This document shows, one piece after another, positions 33,319-46,335 of a stretch of DNA of 64,000 nt. The stretch lies in NCBI GenBank assembly GCA_001662655.1, contig KV460219.1; one strand, written 5' to 3'. The notes under the pieces were generated by a model. It did not search any database, was not told the origin of the DNA, and saw only the letters and a list, made by a program, of their open reading frames with translations. Source of the stretch: Pseudogymnoascus verrucosus. Taxonomy: Eukaryota. The position numbers and the translations under genes are program-made. How positions within the stretch are numbered: the first letter of the stretch is position 1; every line of letters starts with the position of its first letter.

Positions 33319-34698
33319 ATGCGCTTTCTGTCACTTCGTTTCGCTAGCGCTGCGGCGTTAACAGCCGCCGTGGGAAACTCTCTGTCAACAGACTCAGCGG
33401 CCGAGGAGATCATCACTCGCGATGTTTGTATTATCGGGGGCGGTGCTTCAGGGGCATATGCTGCCATCCAGCTTAAGGACCAGGGGCACAGTGTTGTCGT
33501 GGTCGAACGGAAGGACCGGCTAGGCGGGCATTCAGTAACTCAATACCTCCCCGGTGGCAGCCATATCAACTATGGTGTTGAGGGGGTGTTCCGTGACACT
33601 GTCTCGACGGAGTTTTTAAAGCGGCTTGATGTCGAGTATGAACCGCTGCTCCCAGCCACTCCACTGACCGATTACGTCGACTTCAAGACGGGCCAGAAGG
33701 TTCCTCCCAACAACAACATCATCAGCACTACGATAGCGGTGCTGCTTTGGCGGGCCGCAATAGAGCAATTTAACTTTTTGAGCAGTGGACTCTACAACCT
33801 CCCGAATCCCATCCCGGAAGTACTGCTGCAGCCGCTTGGCGACTTCGTCAAGAATCACGCCCTAGAAGGTGCTCTTAACCTCATTTTCCAGTTCTCCTCT
33901 AACACAGGAAAGATGCTCGAGACTCCGCTGCTCTACGTGCTCCAGAACTTCGGCATTGCGCATCTCAACGCACTGCTTGGGGGTTATGTTAAACCGAGAG
34001 ACGGCATGGCGAAGATTTACGACAGCGCTGGCGCAGTTCTAGGCTCGCATAATATTCGTTATCAAACGACTGCCATCGAAGTGAATCGCACTGACTCCGG
34101 AGTAAGCGTCCGAGTGCAGGACTCGACCACCGGCGCCCGCACACTCATCAAGGCCAAGAAGCTCCTTGTTACTATTCCACCAACCATGGCCAACATGCAG
34201 CCATTCGACCTTAACGAGACCGAGGAGCGACTCTTCCGGAAATGGGACTGGAAGACCTACTATGTCGCCCTCATCACCAACCACGGCATCCCAGACAACT
34301 TCAACGTCGCCAACCTCGATCCGACTCAACCCTACAGCCTGCCCATTCCACCGTTTCAGTGGGAGCTCGAGTACATGGGCGTTCCAGGCTATCACATCAG
34401 CAAGATCGTCGGAGACCGCAACTTTACGCAGCAGGATGCCAATAACCTCGTCCTGGCCGACATTCAGCGCATGGCGGGCACTTACCCCATCCGAGAGCCC
34501 ACCATCGTGGCGTATGGAGACCACACGCCCACAACGATGCGGGTGTCAGTCGAGGACGTCCGGAACGGGTTTTATCGAGACTTGTACGCGCTACAGGGCA
34601 AGAGAAGCACATATTACTCTGGCTTGTCGTTTTGCTCGGACTATTCGTCGCTGATTTGGGCGTATACGAAGGATGTCACTGCCGAGATGTTTGCTTGA
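33319..34698 (+). CDS. Secreted FAD-dependent oxidoreductase (flavin amine oxidase-like, CpaO-like), intronless
   Basis: Signal MRFLSLRFASAAALTAAVG; DVCIIGGGASGAYAA..VVERKDRLGGH; C-terminal GFYRDLYALQGKRSTYYSG..DYSSLIW. Confidence 0.85.
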   Translation: MRFLSLRFASAAALTAAVGNSLSTDSAAEEIITRDVCIIGGGASGAYAAIQLKDQGHSVVVVERKDRLGGHSVTQYLPGGSHINYGVEGVFRDTVSTEFLKRLDVEYEPLLPATPLTDYVDFKTGQKVPPNNNIISTTIAVLLWRAAIEQFNFLSSGLYNLPNPIPEVLLQPLGDFVKNHALEGALNLIFQFSSNTGKMLETPLLYVLQNFGIAHLNALLGGYVKPRDGMAKIYDSAGAVLGSHNIRYQTTAIEVNRTDSGVSVRVQDSTTGARTLIKAKKLLVTIPPTMANMQPFDLNETEERLFRKWDWKTYYVALITNHGIPDNFNVANLDPTQPYSLPIPPFQWELEYMGVPGYHISKIVGDRNFTQQDANNLVLADIQRMAGTYPIREPTIVAYGDHTPTTMRVSVEDVRNGFYRDLYALQGKRSTYYSGLSFCSDYSSLIWAYTKDVTAEMFA

Positions 34699-34779
34699 GA
34701 CGAGTTGACTGACGCAATGTAATGGTACTTTACGATAGTTTAAAAGTGGAAAATGTTAAATCGGAAATAATTGAATTGC

Positions 34780-35560
34780 ATACTCTTTATATGTATAAGG
34801 GATAGAGTACTAGTAGTATTATTATTACTATAGTTAGAGATAGCCTTACCTTCCTTATTAGCTTTAATATAGAGTATATAGTTTTATATAGTAGCTTTAA
34901 AGAACCTTATATAATGTATTAGTAATGTATTAAAAATGTATTATAGTACTAACTATAGTACTAACTAGTAGACTAGTAGATATAGTAGGTACTATTAGTA
35001 CCTTTATAAACTTTAGTAAGCTTTACTTTATAAGAGCTAGTAAGGTAGGCTCTTAAATTCCTAGTATAGCTATAATAGTACTATAATGTATTAGGAATAT
35101 ATTAATAATATATTAGAGGACTTTACTTACCTTAACCTTATATAGTTAGAATTAAGGATTATCTATTAGCTTAGTATTATATCTCTCTTATTCTATTATA
35201 ATGTCCTCATAATAAAAGAGCTCTCTAGATCTAATAATAAAGAGCCTATATTACTAATATATTAATAATGTATTAGTAATATATTAAACCTAATATAAAG
35301 TTAAAAGTAAAGTTAAGCTAGAATTAAACTTATATCTTTACTAAAAGGCTTTATTCTAAGTAGGCGTTTAGTAAGGAGTTTATAGACTTTATAGGCTACC
35401 TATTATAGCTATCTATAGAATTATTAATCAATTAGTAATGTATTTATACATTATCATTAAGCTTTATAGGCGCTATTGTTATAGTAGTAGTAGGTAGCAG
35501 TAGACTTAGTAGTGTTATTAACAGAAGGTGGAAGGTTAGAAGTTGAGGATTTATTTATAG
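34780..35560. repeat. AT-rich RIP-degenerate repeat relic with recurrent TAAT(G/A)TATTA motif
   Basis: TpA-rich, ORF-free; motif clusters near 34911-34945, 35084-35115 and 35256-35286. Confidence 0.65.
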
Positions 35561-35943
35561 AGGGGTCAGCTGAATTTTTTCCAAAAGTAGGGTGGGTCAG
35601 CTCAGGTTGGGGGGATGCTCGGGTCACCTACGTTCAGCCCCCCATTTTCTGTGTTCAAGCGAATAAATCACGTGCTTTGTATCACGTGAAATTGTTACAT
35701 CCGTCGTCACTCGCGAGGCGGGTACCATCGGTGCGGGGGAGAGGTACAGAAATACATATTTATAAACCTCTGTGACAGCGGACCACGAACGGGAGCGTAC
35801 AGATGTGAGGGTTTCATTTTATTTCAATTTTATTTCATTTCTTCTGTGTGTGACGAGAGATCGGATAGTCGGGACAGACAGTCGGTTTATAAAAAAGAGA
35901 GGGGGATCGGGATTTAGAAAGACGTATTTACGGAGCAATTGTT

Positions 35944-36928
35944 ATGATGGCGGTGGAGATGCCGCTGAAGCATGTTAGGCACAGCTATCGAGAGGGGGAG
36001 GAGGTGACGGCGCTGAGTACTCTTGATGTTTGGCTTCCTGGAACAAATCAAGATGGAAGCAGTCCTGAGGGAATTTGGATGGTGTATGTATCTCCCCCTT
36101 CCCCCCTTTATCTCCGAGTTCTAACAAAAAACAAACAGTTTCATCCACGGCGGCGCCTGGCGCGACCCCCTCATAGACTCCACAAGCTTCAAACTCACCA
36201 TTGACATCCTCTCCCAAAACGCTCCGCAATCACAACCCCCCTCCCCAATCGCCGGTTACGCATCAATCAACTACCGCCTCTCGCCCTACCCCTCCCACCC
36301 CACCTCCCCCAGCACCGCTGGGGACTCTAGCAGAGCTGCAAGACACCCCGAGCACCTGGACGACGTGACGGCGGCGCTGTTGTTGCTGGAGGAGAAGTAT
36401 AGGATTGCAGGGAGGTATCTGCTGGTGGGACATAGCTGTGGGGCTACGCTTGCGTTCCAACTCCCCGAGACGATGGAGGGGGGGGAGAAATTGCCGCTGC
36501 CGTTGGGGATGTTGGGGTCGGAGGGAATTTATGATATCCCATCCCTAGTGGAACGGAATAAGCACCCCTTCTACCGTGAATTCGTCGTTGCGGCTTTTGG
36601 GGACAAGGAGGAGACGTGGAGCGCTGCGTCCCCGTCTATTGCATCTCCGGGGGTGAAACTCTGGGAGAAGACGGGGGTTCTGATAATCTCACACTCTGAT
36701 GACGACGAGTACGTTGAGAAAGAACAGAGTACGGATATGCTGGAGCATATCAAAGCGACGAAGAAGGACGGACAGGGACAGGCGGTGTATCTCCCAGCGG
36801 ACGGGAAGCATGATGAGATCCATGAGAAGGGGGTGGAGATGGCGAGGATCGTGGGGACGGGGTTGGAGATGGTTTGGGTGGTTGGGTGGGGGGCGAGTTG
36901 GGAGGATGTTAGGGGGGAAAGGATGTAG
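35944..36928 (+). CDS. BNA7: Kynurenine formamidase-like alpha/beta hydrolase; intron 36084-36138
   Basis: IWMVFIHGGAWRDP after splicing; SINYRLSPYP..HPEHLDDV; GHSCGATLA nucleophile elbow; EGIYDIP; HSDDDEYV; HDEI. Confidence 0.8.
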
Positions 36929-39900
36929 AAGAGGGGTTGGGGGGGGGGGGGAGTGTGGAGGTGGAGGTGGAGATGAGATGAAAGAGTCGTGTCGTCCAAT
37001 ATTGAAACAGAATCTCGTGGCTGTCTCAATCATGATGGGGGGTCGAAGTGATGTGAGTTATGGCATGGGAATTGAATCGATCTAAACAATGGGAGTACAG
37101 CCTCTACAAACATCCAGCTGAAACCCAGCCATCAAATATCAAATCCCTCCCCTCCTTACCTCCCTCTAAAACCCCATCCATACTCAACTCCAACTCCAAC
37201 ACAACCCTCCCATCCACCTCCCCAACCCAACACCTGAAACACCACACCACACCAGCTCATCCGATATCAAAACCAACCCCAAAATCCGTAGCTCGTGGCT
37301 GTCTCTCCCTCCCTTACCTCACCTCACTTCACCTCACCTAACGTCAAGCTCCCTCCATGTCTCACCCTCCCCGAAGCTATAGCTGTAGCTACTGCAGTAT
37401 GGTATCCCCGCGCCGAACGGTCTGCATGATAATGTCTCACTCACTCACTTACACCGTGCAAAAGTAGCAGTTCACGCCGTTGGTGCAGGTATTGCGTGGT
37501 TTTGTGGTGTAGAAATTCACTCATTGTCTTTTTTCTGGTCCTGTCCTGTCATGTCATGTCCATAGTGTCTGTCTTGCGCCTTGCGCCCACTCCACTCCGG
37601 CCATCACGACTCGCATCTCCCACCGCAATCCAGTCTACTCCCGTCACGTCTTATCCTGTCTCCTGTCTCATCTGTAATAGTCCAGCCGCCCGCCATCACA
37701 ACTCGCATCAACCACCCCCACTCCTGCCATCACATCTTATCTGACTCCACCCCCTATTCAGTCCAACCCACTAAGCTATTCAATCATCATCACTCACTCT
37801 CCCATCCATCTCAAAATGGCCATCCTCCGCGGACGGACTCCCCCAAAGATCGACACCCCCAACGGCCATGACGATTCTCAACACGGGACGACGGGAGGGC
37901 GGGGGGTTGTGGTGTAGGTGCATGCACGGTGATATAATTGGGCGTGGTCTAGCCAGAGTACACGACAGTACGCTGGACTAGGGTGGCGATCTACAGTACG
38001 TATAGGTAAGCTTGGAGGTGTGGGTTAGTTTGGGTTAGTTTGGTGGTGGTCGTGGTGGTTGGGTGTTTGCTTGTGTGGATAGATGGTGGTGGTGGGTGGG
38101 TGGTTGGGATGCGAGGGGTTTGTCTGGATGGAGGGGTTGGTTAGTGGGCTAGAAGGGCTAGGCGGTGGATGCTGGATGGTGGGAGTGATAGGTAGATGCG
38201 GGGTGATGTGCCAAGGATCGATGGATGGAATGGGGATGGAGGATTGGATGGGAGGGATACGTAGGGGATAGTAGAGGATAGTATAGTACAGTACAGGATC
38301 TTGCGGTATGGTCGGTATGGTCGGTATCTCTTTTCTCCACGGATAAACGGCGGGAGTAGAAGAATAGAAAGTATACAATACAATACAGTCAGTACAGTAC
38401 AGTAAGAAAAAGGAAAGGAAAGACTGGTTGGATAGCTAGATGGATAGCTAGATGCTAGATGGATAGCTGGCTGGATGGCGCGGCGGTCCGCTTCGACCAC
38501 TGGTCCCCGCGTCGTCACCTGATGGGGCGCAGTTGTGTGTGAGGACGGATGCGCGGGGATACAAAGTGTGTCTAGTATGTGTATGGTATGGTATGAGAGG
38601 GATATACGTACGAGACCATGGGATCGCATGGGATGGGATTGTGCCGATTGCTGATGGGTTTGTAACTGTATGTGATGTGAGGGGAAGGGACGTGAGGGAT
38701 CTGAGGGGGCACGGACATGGCGGCGCCAAGAGGGTAGAAGGGATTGGTGGCTGGGGAAGGGTTCAATATTTGAGTAATGCCGCCAAGCTGGGGGATGGAG
38801 ATGGGGATGGAGTACTGTGCTCCTTGTGAGGTGAGTGAGTGAGGATGGCGGGAGAGAGAGAGGAGTGTGTAAGGTGGCAAGATTGAAGTCACGCTCTTAT
38901 ATCTGTCTGTGTAGTGTAGAAGACTGTATGCAGACTATATCCTATATACTGACTGTATACTGTATACGCGGATTAATCAGTAATGACGCCGTTGATGCCG
39001 TTGATACCGCCGTGCTGTGCTTGCTGCCGTGCTACCGTACCAGCATCCACAATACCACGATACCCAGATCTCTCTCACCCTCGAGGATAAAGATAGATAT
39101 CTTCGTACTCGGTATGTCATACAACCACTCGGTATCACACACATACAACCAACTGTACACAAACCTGACCCAGACGGCATCTTCCCACGCTGACTGACTG
39201 ACTGAACCCTCGCTCTGTGGATGCTGCTCTGTGGATGGCGATACGTATCCAGTTTGTATACTCGACTAGCTGTACAGTAGTACTATGGTTCATCCGCCCG
39301 AGACACCCACCTGGGTTCACAGGCTGCGTGATGTGTACAAAACCGGAGCGTGTACCCCCTTACAGCTATCCGACTAGACTAGACAGACAGACAGGCGACG
39401 ACAGACGCGAGTGCTGTGAATGGGTACTTGGGGGATGGGTGGTGGTTGGGTGGGAAGGGATGTAACTTGGCATGTGTGGTGTGTGTGCATGTAACTAATG
39501 TATGCGCGCCGCCTTCGCCATCATTTATGTACCCCGACATCTCCGCGCTGTACGATGGATGTGCGATGGACGATACGATATCAGGCGTCGTCGGTCACGA
39601 TGCTGTTTACTGGATACATACCGGACTCTTAACTAGATACAATACTGTGTGGTCTGTATCTGTATACTCTTTACTGTAAACTGTGGTTTATACTATCTAT
39701 CTCTCCCTTCTCCAACCTCCATTCTTCACTTCTCCTCACCACCTATAGCTATACCTTACCTTCACTTTCTCCCGCTCTACTACAACATACATACTCCCAT
39801 ACATATACATACCTACCTTACCCGCCTTCCTTTATATCGATCCCATCCCCGGCCTCATCTCATGCCTGCCTTGAATGCTTAATCCCTAACAAGCCCCTCC

Positions 39901-40940
39901 TCATCACTCTTGTCCCTCTATCCCTCTCTTCTCTTGTCCCTCTCACCTCTTCTCCCTGTCAATCAATCCTCTACAATCACTCTCTACCTTCACTCTTCTC
40001 CATCTTTACTACCCTCCTTCCTCACCCTCCTCCATCACCAACTATCGTGAATCAATAAACATATCAACACACAAACACTGCTTCACCGTGTCACTACCTG
40101 CTACTATATTGGTTCATGCACACGACACCGCCAAATACCTCGCATGCACGCATACACCCATACTCGCATACACGCATAAACCACATACAACAAACATACA
40201 AACACACAAACACCTCAAGTACTTCCCTCCTCTCTCTCTCCACGCTGTGCTGCACGTAGGGTGCGAGTTCTCTGTCGTCGTCGTCGATTATCACCGTCTA
40301 CTGCATTATACACTGCACTGTATGTATGTACTCTTCTCCACCTTCTCTACCTTCAACCACAAACCACAAAAATCCATCCAGATTCGCAAAATACGACCCC
40401 AGCCTTGGCTGTGGCAATCAGCATCCACAAAGTACAACGCTAACTTTCCACAAGTACCAAAACACTGCAAAATCCCGATCCAGCCGCGGCCACACCCAAG
40501 CACCCAAGCCAAAATCTAAACCACCCCAACCCACGCACGGCCAAGCCTCCACTCCGCTCCACAACCGCCATCTTCTTACTCTACTAACTCTCCACTGAAA
40601 CTGCTTCAACTGAAACCACTCTCCTACAACAATCTTCACCTCCCGCCAGACCACCAACTCACCCATCTTCATCGCTCGTACGCGCCCACCACCACCGCGA
40701 CGACGACAATATATCAATTCACAATCGCATCACCTCCAAGATACCCCGTCGACGACGTACCCCGACAGAGCCTGATCTGGGCCTTCGCTTCAATCCACTT
40801 TAACCGGCCTACCCGCCACAACACATCACCCATCCCAGCCTGACCGACGACAACCACCACAACAACCACAAACAACACCGACAGCTCCTCCCGTCGCCGC
40901 GTCTGGCACATGCGTCGCACCGCGCCCGACCGCCGCGACA

Positions 40941-42338
40941 ATGGCCGTTGACGCCTCCCACCTGCACGCCGTCCTGCGCGAGACAGTCGGTCTCCTCGTC
41001 CGCGCCGCTGTCCCGCCCACAGCCGCCGAAGACAGCGCAGCAACCTCTACCACCTCAGCCGCAGCGGATACAGCAACCACGCCGCCGCCGCAGGATAAGG
41101 GGGGGAACTCGCAGTCGCCGCTGCTGTTCTTTGTGGCTCTCGGGTTCGGCGTTGTGTTCACGAATCTCTGGTATGTCTTTGTCTTTGTCCATATTAGCCG
41201 CTTGATGACGACGTGGGATGATGTGAGATTGCTAACACGCCACAGGATTATCGTAGGAGTAAAATACTGCTTCCGCTATAACGCACGTAACCGTGCCCTC
41301 GCGCGCGGCGAAAACCTCGATCCCATCTCCATGGAGCCGGTGCACCCCCGCCCGCACCGCCGTCGCCGCGAGAAGAAACTCATGACTGTAGACGAGGTCA
41401 ACGAGCGCTTCCCGCAGATGAAGTACTCGGACTGGGCAGCTGCACGCGCACACGAGGGACTCCCAACAGCTGGGGGTGTGTCAGCACCAGCTGGGAGTAG
41501 ACCAGCCACAGTACGAGATGCAGAGGGCGTCCTGCCAACTTCCCCAACGTCGACGAAACACTTCGACACCGCACCGGAGGTAGGAGAAGTGCCTTCAACA
41601 CCTACAGCAACTACAACACCCACCATAACGACCACACCCGCCCCCGCACCCCGCCTCAGCACCGACACAACTGAGAAACCAACCGACACCACCACCGACA
41701 CCAACACCCACCTCGCCGCCGACCCCGCCCACCTCGCCACCCTCACCTCCACCGCCACAAACGCAACCCACTACGACCCCAAACACCCCTCCGACGACTC
41801 CGACGACGAGGACCTCCACGTCCTCCCTCCCGCCCTCCTCGACCACCCAGGCGACTCCTGCGCAATCTGCATCGACGTCCTCGAACCCACCGACGACGTC
41901 CGCGGCCTCACCTGCGGCCACGCCTTCCACGCCACGTGTCTCGATCCGTGGTTAACCAGCCGTCGCGCCTGCTGTCCGCTATGCAAGGCGGATTACTACA
42001 TCCCCAAGCCCCGCACCGAGGGCGAAGAAGCCGAGACCCGCGAGCGTGAACGCAGACGCCGCGAACGTGCCGAAGGTCGCGGGGTTAATCTCCCGCAACA
42101 ACCTGGGAGCGCGTGGGTAGACGGACGGGTACGGGGACGTTTCTTCCTGCCAGCGCGCTTTGGAGATTCGGGAGGACGGGGGTGGCCGGGATCTAGGCCG
42201 GGGGGGGAGGGAGAGAGTGCGTTGGCGGGGACGGGAGGACGGAGTGGGGGGGGGATGGGGAGGTTTTTCCCGTGGCATCGGAGTGCGGGGGCGAGTGGGA
42301 CGACGCCGGCGCAGTTGGAGGCGCAGATTAGGAGGTGA
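40941..42338 (+). CDS. Membrane-anchored RING-H2 finger protein; in-frame intron 41171-41245
   Basis: SPLLFFVALGFGVVFTNLW|IIVGVKYCFRYN; RRRREKKLMTVDEVNERFP; CAICIDVLEPTDDVRGLTCGHAFHATCLDPWLTSRRACCPLCK. Confidence 0.9.
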   Translation: MAVDASHLHAVLRETVGLLVRAAVPPTAAEDSAATSTTSAAADTATTPPPQDKGGNSQSPLLFFVALGFGVVFTNLWYVFVFVHISRLMTTWDDVRLLTRHRIIVGVKYCFRYNARNRALARGENLDPISMEPVHPRPHRRRREKKLMTVDEVNERFPQMKYSDWAAARAHEGLPTAGGVSAPAGSRPATVRDAEGVLPTSPTSTKHFDTAPEVGEVPSTPTATTTPTITTTPAPAPRLSTDTTEKPTDTTTDTNTHLAADPAHLATLTSTATNATHYDPKHPSDDSDDEDLHVLPPALLDHPGDSCAICIDVLEPTDDVRGLTCGHAFHATCLDPWLTSRRACCPLCKADYYIPKPRTEGEEAETRERERRRRERAEGRGVNLPQQPGSAWVDGRVRGRFFLPARFGDSGGRGWPGSRPGGEGESALAGTGGRSGGGMGRFFPWHRSAGASGTTPAQLEAQIRR

Positions 42339-44173
42339 GAGGGGGAAGAAGGCCTCAAGGAATCTATTGTTTTGTAACTGGCTGGTCGACTGCTGAGGGT
42401 GATGGACTGGGGGGGGGTGGTAGTCAATATGGCAGAGCGAGATGATTTCATGCATCGAGTCTGCGCGAGGCTTATACGCTCGAGTCCGCTGAAGACGACA
42501 CCACTTCTACCACCACTCCACACTACACACGACACAACCACTGTCTCGCCATACCAACCACACATCAATCACCACACACTTTCATTCAACATTTCTACTC
42601 GCAACTCCAACATCATCAGATTGGGAAGTACATAATACCTGGCTCGAAAGCGGAGCCGGGCTCGGTTGGGAATCCGGGGGGGGGGTAGAAACGGCGTTTT
42701 CTAGGCGTTTTTTTTTCTTTTGTCGTTTTGGGGATTGGGGTTGGTTGGTTATATGGACGGGAAATGGGGAGCTGGGGGAACCGACCTGAGTCGGTCGAGA
42801 TGGTACGGATGGGATGGGTGGGATAAGAGGATTATAACGATGGGTATATGGAAACGGAGAAGGATGAAGGGAGTGGAATGGGAAAGGAAGGGTGGAATGC
42901 TATATCTTGCTTGCTTCTTTTGAGCGTTGCTGCGTCGGTCTGGTCTGGTTATAGTAGGATGGGATGGGATGGGATGGATGGGATGGGAGATTCGGAGATA
43001 AGGATAAGGATAGGGGTGCATGCATGGAGGCGGTTGCATACGGGGTGGGGGGTATATATGAGAATTACAGAATGTTCTGAGCTTATATCTGCGTTTATCG
43101 TACGTTTTGCTTGTGAGACAGTTGTGTAGAAGGGCTTGCTCTTGCTGTAAAGTGTCGTGCTTGTTGTAAAGGGTGTTCTAACCCACCTATTTCTTGGGCC
43201 CCTCTTACCCCTCCTTTGGCCGTTTTTACCATCGCTGCCGTACACACTGCTATAACCTCAAATCAAAATATGGGATCATTAAGAGATATAGTAACGTAGC
43301 TGCAGAGATTACGTCTTTAAATCCACGTATCTTGCCTTCTATCCGCGGTAAATGCCACACTCTCCCCTCCTTGCCCAAAGCGGCGCTAACGTCATATCAC
43401 CACCGACAACCCCACTATTCCTCGAACAAACTCCAACGACACATGAACATCCCATCCCATCCAAGGAAGAAAATAACACCCCCATCAACCTGTGTGCGTA
43501 AACAGATATTTACCGTTTCCCCGCCCGAGCCCCCCACGGCTCCTGAACTCCTACTGTAAGCAGACCCCTCCAAACCAGACCCGGGCCGGCGTCGTGGTTG
43601 GGCGCTCGTTCCCACTTATACCCGCCGGGTTACACCTGCCCCGCCACAACCGCGCTGTTGACCCTATAGAAACCACAAAAGGTGACAGGATATTGCGAAT
43701 TCACGCATATAATCCCACGGGATCAGCTAGGATGGGAAGAGGAATTCTAGGGGTGTGGAAACGGGCCGCGCGACGAGCCGGCCGTGAGCGGAGGACGGGG
43801 GAGGTAGGGGACGAAGAGGGGGTGGGGGAATGGGAATTAGATGGAGTGTCATTGGACACCGAGAGGGGATTTGAGGTGTGTGAAGCATCAGCGACGGGGA
43901 CGAGATGATTATTCCTTCCCATAGCGTCGGGCAGTGAACCCTGATGTGCACTACTCACCTGCAGGAGCACCTGCATGAAGCAGAGTCTTCAAATATGTGG
44001 CTCCCTGTCTTATTTTTTCCTCCTGCTCCCTCCCTCTCTCTCTCCCTCGAGGGGGTCGTTGGGATATATCTAGCCGTGCAGCCAGCCATACAAAAAACAA
44101 ATCCTTCCCTCCGTCTCTCTCTCGTCCCTTACTTTTTTGCAGGCGCCTCATTTCCTAGCTTCTTGTCCACGAT

Positions 44174-46166
44174 ATGGCTACTCACCCGCGCGATGAGATT
44201 TCCCGCATCGAGGATGATGAAGTCGTCAGTTCCGCGGTTGAGGAAACCCACGAGTCGGATGTGAAAATACAATGGGGACAAGTAGTCGAAATCGACGATT
44301 CCTACCTCCGCGCCTCAAAGTTCACGAGGTTCTACCGCAGCGTTTTATTTCAAATGATTCTTTTCGGCGCGTAAGCTTATTCCCCCCGCCCCTCCTCCTT
44401 TCCCATCCTTCCCCCCCTTTCCTCTCCACCCCACTAACCCCAACAGCCTCTCCTTCGTCGGCCCCGCCATGTCGGACGCCATCTCCAACCTGGGCGGCGG
44501 CGGTCTCTCGACCCCTTTCCTCGCCAACCTCGCTACGTCCCTCAACGCCGCCTCAGGCTTCTTCGTCGCGCTGTGTGGGGGGCCGCTGATCAATAAACTG
44601 GGGATTAGGTGGGCGTGTGTGTTGGCGGGGCTGGCGATGCCGTTGGCGGGGTCGGGGTATTATGTTAGTGCGCGGTGGGGGGTGGATTGGTATTTGTTGG
44701 TTTCGAGGGTGAGTTTGACTTTTTGGGGGAGGGGGAAGAAAAAGGAGGGGGGGGGGGTATGGGGGGAGAGAAGTGGCTGGGGGCGGGGGTGTGGTTGATG
44801 ATGAATGAATGAATGGCTGACATGGGGATAGGTTGTTGGAGGGGTGTTTGATGGGTTTTTATATGTGGCGGAGACGACGGCTATGTTGTCGTATCCGGAT
44901 CAGAATGATAGGGGGTTATTTCTTGGTATGCTTGCATCCGTCTATAGGAGGGCGGCAGTCTAATGCGTCCTGTCTAGGCATTTGGTCCGCGATGAGAAAT
45001 ACTGGCAGTATTGTGGGAGGATCGATTAATTTTTACACGAATTATAAGAGGTCTTCGGCTGGTGGGATCGCGTGGTCTACGTACCTTATTTTCGTTGGCT
45101 TTGGTAAGTTTAATTTCAACACGTCGAACAGGTAAAAGAATGTTAACGGAATGAAACAGAATGCACCGGTGCCATATGGGCATTCATGCTCTCGCCGACC
45201 TCTAAAGTCCGACATCGCGATGGGTCGAAGGCCGCCACCTCCACTGATATTTCTTGGGCGGCGGAATTCAAAGCTCTATGGAAGCATCTACAGAATAAGA
45301 AGGTTAAAACCCCCATTTCACGGGCCTGATACAGTAGCTAACACTGTCCTCAGACCTGGCTCATGTTCTTCCCCGCCTTCTACTCCTTCTTCTACGGTGG
45401 CACATTGGGAACCTACCTCGCCCTGCACTTCAGCGTGCGCGCACGCGCCTTGTCGTCTCTCATAACTCGTAAGTTCTCACGTTATGGATTGAACAGCCAT
45501 TCCAATTAATGAACGCTAGCAACCATTACAATCCCAATGGTCGTAGCCTACGGCCGACTCATGGATCAACAGCGCTGGTCCCAGATGCACCGCGCCTGGA
45601 TTGGGGTCTTGATCTGGCTCATACCGCAAGTTGGGTGCTTCATCTGGATTGGCATCGAATACAGTAAATTCGGCACTGAGAAAGCAGCCCTCGATTATGT
45701 CCTGTAAGAATCCCCCCATCCCTCAAACTACCACAACACCCCCCAGATACTGACGTCCATCCCCCCCCCAAGACACACCCGCCAATGGGCAGAAGCCTAT
45801 CTCCCCTACCTCATCATCTTCTCCACCGGCTACCTAACCCAACTCTCCCTCTACTGGATCCTCGGCACCTTCTCCACGGACGTCAAGTCCTCCGCCCGCA
45901 CTGGGGGTCTCTTCCGCGCCTTCGAGACCCTAGGACAGACTGTCTCGTACGCGGTCAACTCCAATGCGAAGGCGGATCCGAGGGTCGCGTTGTATGTGAA
46001 TTGTGGGCTTTTGGTGGCGCTGGTACCGTGCTTGGTGGTATTGATTGGGATGGTGCCGGAGAGGCCGAAGGGGTATGATGTTGATGTTGACGAGGGGCCG
46101 CTGTTGAGGAGGGAGGATATGGGGGGTGAGGGGGTGGGGGAGGGGGGTGGGAGGAAAGATGTGTAG
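44174..46166 (+). CDS. UNC-93-like MFS transporter (multi-exon)
   Basis: FYRSVLFQMILFGA|LSFVGPAMSDAISNLGGGG; IWSAMRNTGSIVGGSIN; TYLALHFSVRARALSSL; YWILGTFSTD..ARTGGLFRAFETLGQ; several canonical introns. Confidence 0.88.
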
Positions 46167-46335
46167 GGGGGTTGGGGTGGTAAGTTAGTGGGGATTATAT
46201 ATACTGGGAAAAAATTATAGGGTGGCTGAATTATATCGTTGTTATACGAGTATATATGAAAAATCATAGAATTTATTGTGTATCATTTTTTATTTATTGG
46301 AGTATATGTGAGAAATCATAAAATTTATTAACTTA

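Noticed and set aside
19400..35600. Starship-type giant transposon explaining the accessory blocks
   Set aside because: No tyrosine-recombinase captain or convincing boundary repeats are visible, and a resident-type gene lies in the middle.
37000..40900. Many 60-160 aa ORFs on both strands
   Set aside because: Low-complexity C- or G-rich sequence with few stops, no motifs, and mutually overlapping frames. Treated as spurious.
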